Shown here: positions 10,227 through 18,027 of the stretch, piece by piece
Layout: the number at the start of each line of letters is the position of its first letter
Position numbering within the stretch: the first letter of the stretch is position 1
Source of the DNA: Acidimicrobiia bacterium
GTDB taxonomy: Bacteria; Actinomycetota; Acidimicrobiia; Spongiisociales; UBA5794
Length of the DNA stretch: 33,580 nucleotides
NCBI GenBank assembly: GCA_041608535.1
Contig: JBFISM010000024.1
Coordinates: 1-33,580, forward strand
Direction of reading: 5' to 3'
Made by a program: the position numbers and the translations under genes
The notes under the pieces: generated by a model
The model's input: the letters and a program-made list of their open reading frames with translations, nothing else
What the model was told of the DNA's origin: nothing
Databases searched by the model: none

Positions 10227-11744
10227 ATGGAGAACGTCGCTTTTCTCCCCATTGCACCCGAGGTGGTGTTGCTGGCGGGGGCCCTCGTCGTGCTGCTCGC
10301 CGATGTGACGTTGGGATTGGGCCGTCGGGTGGGAGTGTGGATCGCCGGAACGTCGTTGGTGGCTGCGGCGCTGCTCGCCGTGGTCCAGTGGCGGACGGTC
10401 GACACGATCCTGGCCATCCCCGTGCCGGAGGACTTGCTCAGCTTCTCGGCGCGCGGGGTCGCCACCCCGCGACTTCCAATGGTGGTGATGGATCACTACT
10501 CGGCGTTCGCCGGGATCGTTCTCTTCACCGTTGCCGCGGTGGCGCTGCTGGGTGCGTGGCGCCTCATCGACATGCTCGAGGAACGGGCGACCGAGTTCAT
10601 CGTGCTCTTCGTGCTTGCGGTTGGCGGCCTCCACGTCATGGCGATGAGCGCCAACTTGATTTTGCTCTTCATCGGTCTGGAGACGGCGTCGATCAGCCTG
10701 TACGTCATGGCCGGGTTCACCCGAGGCAAGGAGCGGTCCGACGAGGCCGCCGTCAAGTACTTCTTGCTCGGCTCGTTTGCGTCCGCCGTGTTTCTCTACG
10801 GAGTCGCACTGACGTTCGCTGCGACCGGATCCACCTCGCTCTACGGCGTCCAGGGGATACAGGCTTTTTTCGCCGAGAACATCCTGTCGGCTTCGGGTAT
10901 CGGCTTGGCGGGACTGGGGATGATCATCGTCGGTCTCGGGTTCAAGGTGTCGGCCGCTCCGTTCCACCAGTGGGCGCCGGACGTCTACCAGGGAGCTCCG
11001 AGCGGTGCGGTTCCCATCATGGCGGCGGGGGTGAAGATCGCCGGCTTCGCCGCGATCGGCCGCATCCTCAACGTCGGGTTCCCGGCCCTGGCCGACGACT
11101 GGATGCCGGCCATCGCCGCGCTGGCCGTCGTGTCGGTGGCGGTTGGCACCCTGCTTGCCATCGCTCAAGACGATCTGAAGCGGATGCTGGCGTACTCGGG
11201 TGTCGCCCACGCCGGATTCATCCTCACCGGGGTCGTTGCCGGGGTCGCCGGGCTTCCCGGGATGTGGTTCTATGTATCGACCTACGCGTTCCAGCTCGTC
11301 GGTGCGTTCACCATCGTTGCGGTCGTCGCCGGCAGTCGCTCCGACCGGGCGCCGTTCGACCTCTTCGCCGGTCTGGGGGCGAGATCGCCCTTCGTTGCGG
11401 CGATGCTGGCGCTCTTCATGGTCGCCATGGGCGGGATCCCGTTCACGGCCGGGTTCATCGGCAAGATATCGGTCTTCACCGCCGCGGCCGATGCCGGCTA
11501 TCTGTGGCTCGCGGTGGCAGCGCTGGTGCTTGCCGTTGCGGGTCTGTTCTTCTACCTGCGAATCATCGTGCTGATGTACTTCCAGGAGCCGGTGTTGGCC
11601 GAGGCCCCGGGCACGGCGACCGCCCCACCTGAGCTGATGTGGTCCACCCGTACCGTGGTGGCGATCTGCGCCGCCGTCACGGTGTTGTTCGGCATCGTGC
11701 CGTGGCCCCTGCTGAACTTCGTGGGCCATGCCCTCCCGTTGTGA
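10227..11744 (+). CDS. nuoN: NADH-quinone oxidoreductase subunit N (antiporter-like)
   Basis: ATG at 10227 follows GGAGGAATAGGTGGAGAGCGTGGAG. The 505-aa NuoN/ND2-like protein contains FHQWAPDVYQGAPSGAV. It is the last nuo gene of the first operon. Confidence 0.9.
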   Translation: MENVAFLPIAPEVVLLAGALVVLLADVTLGLGRRVGVWIAGTSLVAAALLAVVQWRTVDTILAIPVPEDLLSFSARGVATPRLPMVVMDHYSAFAGIVLFTVAAVALLGAWRLIDMLEERATEFIVLFVLAVGGLHVMAMSANLILLFIGLETASISLYVMAGFTRGKERSDEAAVKYFLLGSFASAVFLYGVALTFAATGSTSLYGVQGIQAFFAENILSASGIGLAGLGMIIVGLGFKVSAAPFHQWAPDVYQGAPSGAVPIMAAGVKIAGFAAIGRILNVGFPALADDWMPAIAALAVVSVAVGTLLAIAQDDLKRMLAYSGVAHAGFILTGVVAGVAGLPGMWFYVSTYAFQLVGAFTIVAVVAGSRSDRAPFDLFAGLGARSPFVAAMLALFMVAMGGIPFTAGFIGKISVFTAAADAGYLWLAVAALVLAVAGLFFYLRIIVLMYFQEPVLAEAPGTATAPPELMWSTRTVVAICAAVTVLFGIVPWPLLNFVGHALPL

Positions 11745-12915
11745 TCAGCCAACCCATCGTCTGCTGAAGCGTCGCACCGTCTGGATCGCCGGCCTGGTGG
11801 CACTCGTCGTCCTCGTACCCATCGGGGGGGTCGCTGCCGATGTCATCTCGACGGGCCAGTTCGTTGTCCTCGAAGGCGACACCCAGGAGGAGGACGCATA
11901 CGTGGCGGCGTCGAGCGGCAACGTCGCGGGTACGGTCGATGGCGATCTCGTCATCGCCACCCCCCGGCTCACCATCTCGGGGGTGGTGACGGGAGACGTG
12001 CTGGTCGCCTCCCAGGGCACGGTGACGGTATCGGGGAGGATCGACGGCTCGCTGCGGGGGGCGGCGGTCGCCTTCGACGTGAGCGGCACAGTTGGCGACG
12101 ACATCGTTGTAGCCGCTGTGGACATCACGGTGACCGGCGAGGTCGGCCGGGACGTCGTGGTTCTCGGCAACGGCCTCAGCCATCGAGGTGCGGTCGGTAG
12201 GGATGTGTTGGGTCGGGCTCGGACGGTCGAGGTTGCCGGCGAGGTCGGCCGGGACGTCGACATGGCGGTCGATACCATCGAGGTGGTCGCAACCGGGTCG
12301 GTTGGCGGGGATGTCGTCTACCGCTCGAGTCGCCCGGTTGTCGTCGCCGACGATGCCTTCATCGGCGGACAGGTGATCGATCTGCCCACCCGGGCGCCCT
12401 TCTTCGTCAACTTGGTGCTGCGGCTGGTCCTGCTGCTAGGTGTGCTCGGCTTCCTCGTTCTGGGTGTCGTGGTGCTCGCCGTGTTTCGGGGCACCGCCGA
12501 GCATGCTTTTGGGGCACTGGTCTCGCACCCGTGGCGTTCGCTCCTCGTCGGGGTTGGGCTGGGTGTGGTGGTGCCGCTTGTCGTGGCCCTGCTGACGGCC
12601 ACTCTGGTGGGGATCCCACTTGCCGTCGTCCTGCTCGTCGGCGTGATCCTCGCGCTGCTGGGCGGAGCCATACCTGTGGTGACCGTCGTGGGAGCCCGGC
12701 TCCTGTCCGGTCGGGGAGGCGCCGTCGGCGGATTCCTGCTCGGCGGGTTGCTGTGGGTGGCGGCGATGCTGCTGTTGCCGGTGGTCGGCGCCGTGCTCGG
12801 CGTGCTGGTGGTGGCTCTCGGAACCGGGGCTTGGGTGCTCGGTGCCTGGTCCTCCCGGGATCCTCACGGGTGGCCGACGGTTCCGGTGCGAGGTGACCGC
12901 AACGCTAATCGATGA
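11728..12915 (+). CDS. Bactofilin-repeat (DUF583/CcmA-like 'polymer-forming cytoskeletal') polytopic membrane protein, hypothetical
   Basis: The N-terminus has basic residues and a TM segment (KRRTVWIAGLVALVVLVPIGG). About 170 aa of degenerate beta-helical repeats follow (G[ED]VGRDVVV / VSGTVGDDIVV / VTGDVLVASQG). Then come 5-6 Gly/Leu/Val-rich TM helices. The ATG overlaps the 3' end of nuoN by 17 nt. The stop TGA is at 12913-15. Confidence 0.6.
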   Translation: MPSRCDQPTHRLLKRRTVWIAGLVALVVLVPIGGVAADVISTGQFVVLEGDTQEEDAYVAASSGNVAGTVDGDLVIATPRLTISGVVTGDVLVASQGTVTVSGRIDGSLRGAAVAFDVSGTVGDDIVVAAVDITVTGEVGRDVVVLGNGLSHRGAVGRDVLGRARTVEVAGEVGRDVDMAVDTIEVVATGSVGGDVVYRSSRPVVVADDAFIGGQVIDLPTRAPFFVNLVLRLVLLLGVLGFLVLGVVVLAVFRGTAEHAFGALVSHPWRSLLVGVGLGVVVPLVVALLTATLVGIPLAVVLLVGVILALLGGAIPVVTVVGARLLSGRGGAVGGFLLGGLLWVAAMLLLPVVGAVLGVLVVALGTGAWVLGAWSSRDPHGWPTVPVRGDRNANR

Positions 12916-14197
12916 TGTAGAACTCGAGCAGGTCGGTGCCGAACGGCGGGAGGAGCGCGGCTTCGTCGCCGGATGTGAGCATGCCGGGATGGAGTGCGTA
13001 GAAGGTCACCGCACCGATCTCGCTCCCCACTCCGCCGGGGACGCTCAGGAATTGGCCGTAGTCCTGGTCGGGGTCGGCCGCCAGCGCCGCATCGTCGTAG
13101 ATGATGGTGTGGAACCAGACGAGGGTCTGATCGTCGAAGATGACCGGGTCGGCCGGATCGGAGTCGCTGTCGACACCGAATCCGAAGCGGGGGGAGCCGA
13201 TAATGGAATCGGCGAAGATGCGCGGCTTGCTGCCGCTGGCGTTCCAGGACTGGAGACAGCTCCGCATCCTTCTGCTCAGCTGCTCGAGGATCAGTGTGGG
13301 ATCGTTGAAGTTGCTCTCATGGCATTGGGCGATCCCACTCGGGGCCGGAAGGAGGTGGTCCCACAGGCCATCGGCACCGAGGAGCGGGCTGCCTGCCCCG
13401 CCAAACGCCTGAGTGAGCAAGGTCGTGCCGGCGGGGAGGGGGATTCGGTTCGCCTGGTTGGGGAGGGTGAGGATGTGACCGCTCGCACACGCATCGGCCT
13501 CGTGTCGCACGCTCTCCGTGTCGATGTCGATCATGTGGTCGACCCCGTCCTGGATGTTGGCCACGGTGGCGGCGTCGCTCGTCGAACAGTCGAGCGGGTC
13601 GAGCCCGGTCATCTGGATGAGCCGGTTCTGCAGGCCGCTGGCGCTGGTGCACACCAGTGGTGTGGGGTCGGGTGGGCTTGCGGGCGGGGAGTACGCGGGT
13701 AACGAGGCACGCATGCACTGGTAGGGCTGCCCGCTTGGATTGTCGACCCCGACCGGGACCAGCTTGTCGAGGACTTCGGGTAGCTCGATCTCGGCGACGG
13801 AATCGGCACCTGTTTCATTGGTCGCCGCGGCGCCCATGGCGCGGGCGAACGAGTTGCGGGACACCGCGTTGACCTGGAGCGTCACCTGGAGGTAGTCAGC
13901 GCTGATGGTGGCGACCGTCCCTGCACCGGGAGAGTTCACCCCGGTGAGCGAGTCGACGAGTGCCTGCACCTCGTCTTGTGCGATCGGTCCGACCGGGGAG
14001 CCGGCGGCGAAGGTCCGGGGGATGGCCTGCAGGGCTCCCACCGCACCGACGTCGGAGGCGGCCTGGGCGCGGCGCCGGTTCGACCAGGCATTGCTCAGAT
14101 CGACGGCGATGGCGGCGACTCCCACCAGCACGAGCAGCACGATGGCGGTGAAGATGAGGATCGCGCCGCGTTCGCTGCGGCTTCGGGTCAGGGGCAT
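12905..14197 (-). CDS. TadG-like Flp-pilus assembly pseudopilin with a large Cys-containing extracellular C-terminal domain
   Basis: The start ATG (plus-strand cat at 14195-97) is preceded by GGAGG 6-7 nt upstream on the minus strand. The N-terminus MPLTRSRSERGAILIFTAIVLLVLVGVAAIAVDLSNAW matches the Tad/TadE-TadG N-terminal signature, ERG + TM. An approximately 380-aa domain with at least 6 Cys follows. The upstream in-frame 317 codons of the 747-aa ORF are Ser/Arg-rich junk overlapping the tadE frames. Confidence 0.7.
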   Translation of the reverse strand: MPLTRSRSERGAILIFTAIVLLVLVGVAAIAVDLSNAWSNRRRAQAASDVGAVGALQAIPRTFAAGSPVGPIAQDEVQALVDSLTGVNSPGAGTVATISADYLQVTLQVNAVSRNSFARAMGAAATNETGADSVAEIELPEVLDKLVPVGVDNPSGQPYQCMRASLPAYSPPASPPDPTPLVCTSASGLQNRLIQMTGLDPLDCSTSDAATVANIQDGVDHMIDIDTESVRHEADACASGHILTLPNQANRIPLPAGTTLLTQAFGGAGSPLLGADGLWDHLLPAPSGIAQCHESNFNDPTLILEQLSRRMRSCLQSWNASGSKPRIFADSIIGSPRFGFGVDSDSDPADPVIFDDQTLVWFHTIIYDDAALAADPDQDYGQFLSVPGGVGSEIGAVTFYALHPGMLTSGDEAALLPPFGTDLLEFYIID

Positions 14198-14676
14198 GCG
14201 AAGCCTCCGCTGGAGCCGCCCCCTCCGTAGCTGTCCGGCCACCACGTCGTTGCCGCATCGAGCGGCTGCTCGACCACGAAGTCGACCGTATGGGAGACGG
14301 TGATCGAGGAGTAATCGAAGAATCCGGTGATGCTGGGCAGCTCCATCCACACGATGGCGCGGCCGATCGAGCCGCGCGACCCGACAGGATCGGCGGTGCC
14401 CGGGTCCTGCGGGCTGCGGCTCACGTCGACGCGCACCCCGGCGAACTTCGACGCCTCGAGATCGTCGCAGACGAAGCCGGCGATCTGTGTGGAGTTGAGC
14501 GTGCCGCCGGTGGTGGCGGCGTAGCGGGCGGCTCCATGAGCGACACCGCGCAGCTCGTTCTGCAACGCATAGGCCTGGGAGAACTCGACGATGCCGAACA
14601 GCAACAACATCAGGAAGGGGAGCACGAGCGCCGCTTCCACGGAGGCCACACCCTGCTCGCGACGACGCCGGCTCAC
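14188..14676 (-). CDS. TadE-like pilus assembly protein (minor pseudopilin)
   Basis: Motif RRRREQGVASVEAALVLPFLMLLLFGIVEFSQ (TadE-like, PF07811-type). The likely start is GTG at 14676..14674, in a GTGA overlap with the upstream tadE-like stop and with GAGGAAG 6 nt upstream. The alternative ATG at 14712 would give a 40-nt overlap. The 3' end overlaps the tadG-like start by 10 nt. Confidence 0.65.
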   Translation of the reverse strand: MSRRRREQGVASVEAALVLPFLMLLLFGIVEFSQAYALQNELRGVAHGAARYAATTGGTLNSTQIAGFVCDDLEASKFAGVRVDVSRSPQDPGTADPVGSRGSIGRAIVWMELPSITGFFDYSSITVSHTVDFVVEQPLDAATTWWPDSYGGGGSSGGFACP

Positions 14677-15200
14677 GAGCACTTCTTCGGAGGCGTGGGG
14701 AAGCTCCACCATGCCGGAGCCGCATCTCGGGGTTCCTCGACGTAGAACCGGGCCGAGGATGCGAGATCGAACCCGAGAGAGTCGAACCACCCGGTGATCG
14801 TGCGCACCTGGCTCGTCCGGGCTTCGGCGACGCCGATGGCGCCCGTGCTTCCCTCGGGATCGCCACCGCTGCCCGGGATACCGTCGGCACGGAACTCGAA
14901 ATTGGCGGGATCGATGACACCGAGTCGTCCGCACAGGATGTTGGTGATCTGTTGGCTCGACAGGTTCTCCACCGCGGCGATCCTCGCCCCTTCGCGGGCG
15001 AGATGGCGGAGCTCGCTGTTCTGGGCGAGCACGAAGCTGAATTCGATGATCCCGATGATGAAGAGGAGGAACACCGGGAACACCAGGGCGAACTCGACGA
15101 GCGAGCCCCCCCTCTCGTCGCCACGCAACCCCCGACGCCGCACGCCAAACGCCGCAGGCCCGCTACGTCGCCGGGCGCTCTGGCTGGTCACATGCGGCAC
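14673..15200 (-). CDS. TadE-like pilus assembly protein (minor pseudopilin)
   Basis: Motif GGSLVEFALVFPVFLLFIIGIIEFSFVLAQN. GTG start as in the ORF track, with a GAGGGG RBS upstream on the minus strand. The true start may be a downstream in-frame codon. The ORF-track ends were kept because the printed sequence looked 1 nt out of register in this line. Confidence 0.6.
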   Translation of the reverse strand: MPHVTSQSARRRSGPAAFGVRRRGLRGDERGGSLVEFALVFPVFLLFIIGIIEFSFVLAQNSELRHLAREGARIAAVENLSSQQITNILCGRLGVIDPANFEFRADGIPGSGGDPEGSTGAIGVAEARTSQVRTITGWFDSLGFDLASSARFYVEEPRDAAPAWWSFPTPPKKCS

Positions 15201-15321
15201 GACTCACCCCTCTGGTGCTGACCCTCTGGCTGTCGAGGCCCCCTGAGCGCGCCGCTCAGGCCCGCAAAGGGTACACCCATTGGACGTCGCGAGCGACGTC
15301 GGTCTTACGGGAAACACCGGG

Positions 15322-16419
15322 TCAGATCGTCCGCACCAGCAGCGGAACCCGCCGTTCCTCGGCCGTCAGGCCCCCGTGGTTGCCGATCATCCGGTCGTCG
15401 CTGTGCTTGTGCAGGAGGAAGAATCCATCGTCGGCGACGAGTACGCCGTCGGGAAGCCGCTCCGGATGGCGGAAGCCCCGTGGTGCCGGGCCCCACCAGT
15501 GCCGCATGTCATCGACCGGCACCCAGGTGGCGGGCACGGTGCCGGCGATGGCCGCTCCGTCGCCCTTGACGAACATCACCCTGCCGTCCCCGTAGAGAAT
15601 CCGTCCGTCGTGGAGCGAGCGGGGGATTCGTATCTGGCGCTCCTTGGGGAAATCGACATGCCCGTGGTCTGCGGTGCCCACCAACGTCGCATCCGGCGGC
15701 ACCTGCCACGACAGAGCCGACCACACGTTGTCGACCACCCGGATTGCGCCGGCATACTCGGGGGTGCGCTGGCCGTGGACGTGGGCTGCGTAGTCGACAT
15801 TCGCCACGTACGTGAGGATCAGCCGTCCCGGTGCGGACGCCAGGTCGGCGGTGGCCGAGATCAGCTCGCCGATCGTGGTCACTCCCTCGAACCGGCACCC
15901 CCGGTAGAGCAGACGAGTCAGGCTGCTGGTGCGGAAACCCTCCGGTTGCACCGTCACCGTCTCGACACCGGCCGCGGCGAGCCGTTCCCACAGGTTGGGG
16001 GCAGGGAGGAAAGCGGTTGTGTCGTAGTCGAGCGGGTCGCCCCACAGCGTGGTCCACTTGATGGTGTTGGCGACCACGTCGAGTTCCGGAATCCACAGCT
16101 GATATCCGAAGAGACCGTGCTGGGACGGTGGCATGCCGGTGGCGATGGTGGCCAAGCTCACCGTGGTGGTGGTCGGAAACGGGGCATCGAGCTCGGCGAC
16201 CTTGGATGCACCGAGCGTGGCGGCCCCAGGGTGATCCACCTGGGCGGCGCCCAGGCCGTCGAACACCACGAGGACGACCGTCTGCCCGGGGGTCAGCAGC
16301 GACCGCAAGCGTTTGTCGAGGCGTGGAGCCGGCGCGGCTCCGGCAAGGCGAAACTCCAGCTCCGCAACCAGGTTCAGCAGCGATCCACCGTCATAATCGG
16401 GGGCCGCCGCAGCCGTCAT
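15322..16419 (-). CDS. Alkaline-phosphatase-superfamily protein (type I phosphodiesterase / nucleotide pyrophosphatase-like)
   Basis: Motifs VVLVVFDGLGAAQ (metal-ligand Asp region), TVSLATIATGMPPSQHGLFGY, DHGH and IGNHGGLT are typical of AP-core phosphodiesterases/phosphatases. The ATG at 16419..16417 has no obvious RBS, so the transcript may be leaderless or short-leader. Confidence 0.7.
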   Translation of the reverse strand: MTAAAAPDYDGGSLLNLVAELEFRLAGAAPAPRLDKRLRSLLTPGQTVVLVVFDGLGAAQVDHPGAATLGASKVAELDAPFPTTTTVSLATIATGMPPSQHGLFGYQLWIPELDVVANTIKWTTLWGDPLDYDTTAFLPAPNLWERLAAAGVETVTVQPEGFRTSSLTRLLYRGCRFEGVTTIGELISATADLASAPGRLILTYVANVDYAAHVHGQRTPEYAGAIRVVDNVWSALSWQVPPDATLVGTADHGHVDFPKERQIRIPRSLHDGRILYGDGRVMFVKGDGAAIAGTVPATWVPVDDMRHWWGPAPRGFRHPERLPDGVLVADDGFFLLHKHSDDRMIGNHGGLTAEERRVPLLVRTI

Positions 16420-16440
16420 GAGCAGCGACGGTAGTGAACT

Positions 16441-16468
16441 TTGAGGGCCATACCCGCCTTCCTATACT
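16441..16468 (+). promoter_or_regulatory. Putative sigma-70-type promoter for the nuoA2 operon: TTGAGG, a 16-nt spacer, then TATACT
   Basis: In the 93-nt divergent intergenic region, TTGAGG (16441-46) is followed 16 nt later by TATACT (16463-68). That is about 45 nt upstream of the nuoA2 ATG. The inverted repeat CTCGCCC-c-GGGCGAG (16467-16481) overlaps the -10 element and TSS. Confidence 0.35.
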
Positions 16469-16512
16469 CGCCCCGGGCGAGGGCTGCACCCAATGAGAGA
16501 GGTCACTACGTG

Positions 16513-16899
16513 ATGGATTCGTATCTGGGGGACTACATCACGGTCGCCGTTTTTCTGGCGGTTGGGGCGCTCCTCGTTGGCGGCGGGATCTTCGCTTCCT
16601 CCCTGCTCCGGCCCGACAAACCCTCCCGGGTGAAGTCCGAATCGTACGAATGCGGCATCGATCCGGTCGGTGGGGGCTGGTCGCAGACCCAGATCCGGTA
16701 CTACATCTTCGCCTTGCTGTTCCTCATCTTCGACATCGAAGCCGTCTTCATCTTCCCGTGGGCGATCAAGCTGGAGGACTTCTCGGCACCTGCGGTGGGC
16801 ATGGGTGGTTTCGTGCTCGTCGAGATGGTGATCTTCATCGCCATCCTCGTCGTCGGTTTGGTCTACGCCATCCGCAAAGGGGTGCTGCGGTGGGAGTGA
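16513..16899 (+). CDS. nuoA: Complex I-like subunit A (second operon)
   Basis: ATG at 16513, with GTG at 16510 also possible. It lies 11 nt after the GAGAGAGG RBS. NuoA/ND3 motifs: [43 protein letters not shown]. Confidence 0.85.
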   Translation: MDSYLGDYITVAVFLAVGALLVGGGIFASSLLRPDKPSRVKSESYECGIDPVGGGWSQTQIRYYIFALLFLIFDIEAVFIFPWAIKLEDFSAPAVGMGGFVLVEMVIFIAILVVGLVYAIRKGVLRWE

Positions 16900-17387
16900 T
16901 CGAGAAGTTCGGGGTTCCCAAGCCTGTGTCGTGGCTTCTCAACTGGTCTCGCAAGTATTCGCTGTGGTTCTTCCAGTTTGGGCTTGCGTGCTGCGCCATC
17001 GAGATGATGGCGGCTTCGGCTCCTCGCTACGACTTCATGCGTTTCGGGATCATCCCACTGCCGGCATCCCCCCGGCAGGCCGACCTGATGGTGGTGGCCG
17101 GCACCGTCACCGACAAGATGGCTCCTGCGGTCCGCAGGCTCTACGACCAGATGCCCGAGCCGAAATACGTGATCTCCATGGGTTCGTGCTCGAACTGCGG
17201 CGGTCCCTACTGGGATTCGTACTCGGTGACCAAGGGCGTCGATCAGGTCATACCCGTCGACGTCTACGTTCCCGGGTGCCCACCCCGCCCCGAGGCGCTG
17301 ATGGAGGGCATCGTGCTGCTTCAAGAGCAGATCATGAATGAAGACGTACGCGAGAAGTGGACCCAGCGTGACCGACAGCCCGTCTGA
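16896..17387 (+). CDS. nuoB: Complex I-like subunit B (N2 [4Fe-4S] carrier, second operon)
   Basis: GTG at 16896 in a GTGA overlap with the nuoA2 stop; GTG at 16890 is also possible. The N2-cluster Cys ligands are all present in [24 protein letters not shown] and VYVPGCPP. Confidence 0.85.
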   Translation: MIEKFGVPKPVSWLLNWSRKYSLWFFQFGLACCAIEMMAASAPRYDFMRFGIIPLPASPRQADLMVVAGTVTDKMAPAVRRLYDQMPEPKYVISMGSCSNCGGPYWDSYSVTKGVDQVIPVDVYVPGCPPRPEALMEGIVLLQEQIMNEDVREKWTQRDRQPV

Positions 17388-18027
17388 AACGAGCACCGCC
17401 GAGGAAGGCACCGCAGCGACGCCGGAGGACACCGCAGGCGATGAGCTGCTGGCCACGGCCGAGCGGCTCGCCGCGCGCGTCGGATCCGAGCACTTCACTG
17501 CCGATCTCGGGACCGTGAAGATCACCGTCGACCGGGACGGCTGGGTGGGCGCCATCACCACGCTGCGCAGCGAGTTGCCGTTCTTCTCCTGGCTGTCTGC
17601 GGTGGATTGGGCGCAGGAGGTCGCAGTCGGCGAGCCGGCGGAGAACGCCGAGGAGCTGGAGGAGCGCTACGAGGTGATGTGCCGCGTCTCCTCGGTGACC
17701 GATGCTTCGGCCGCCATCGTCAGTACCACGCTCTCCAAGGACGACGCCTGGATCGATTCGCTCGTGCCCTTCATCGCCGGCGCGGAGTGGCACGAGCGGG
17801 AGGCCGCCGAGATGTTCGGCATCGACTTCCGCGGCAACCCCAACCTGACACCGCTGTACCTGCCCGACGGTTTTGTCGGGCACCCGCTGCGCAAGTCGTA
17901 CCCGTTGCTCAGCCGTGAGGTCAAGCCGTGGCCGGGCACCGTCGACGTCGAGGGTATGCCGGATGAGGAGGGTGGCGACGAAGCTGCCGGCGCCCCGTCG
18001 ACGACGAACCCCGAGGCCGGCGTATGA
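17338..18027 (+). CDS. nuoC: Complex I-like subunit C (30 kDa, second operon) with an acidic low-complexity N-terminal extension
   Basis: Conserved NuoC core ([13 protein letters not shown]...[25 protein letters not shown]). The ATG at 17338 overlaps nuoB2 by 50 nt. The alternative GTG at 17368 gives a 20-nt overlap. The N-terminus [23 protein letters not shown] is low-complexity. Confidence 0.8.
   Translation: MKTYARSGPSVTDSPSETSTAEEGTAATPEDTAGDELLATAERLAARVGSEHFTADLGTVKITVDRDGWVGAITTLRSELPFFSWLSAVDWAQEVAVGEPAENAEELEERYEVMCRVSSVTDASAAIVSTTLSKDDAWIDSLVPFIAGAEWHEREAAEMFGIDFRGNPNLTPLYLPDGFVGHPLRKSYPLLSREVKPWPGTVDVEGMPDEEGGDEAAGAPSTTNPEAGV

Noticed and set aside
7246-11729. Long minus-strand ORFs (7246..8739, 8439..9740, 9831..11729) antisense to nuoL/M/N
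   Set aside because: Same GC-frame artefact: Arg/Glu/His-rich, low complexity, no start context, and overlapping conserved nuo coding sequence.
12905-15148. Full 747-aa reading of the tadG-like ORF, and the plus-strand ORF 12842..13702
   Set aside because: The N-terminal 317 codons are Ser/Arg-rich nonsense that overlaps the two tadE-like genes in other frames. The conserved TadG N-terminus begins at M318 with an upstream GGAGG. The plus-strand ORF is antisense to the TadG-like domain and has no motifs.
15280-16434. 384-aa plus-strand ORF antisense to the AP-superfamily gene
   Set aside because: Only the minus-strand frame shows the AP-core metal-ligand motifs (VVFDGLG, DHGH, NHGGL). The plus-strand product is Arg/Gly/His-rich low complexity.
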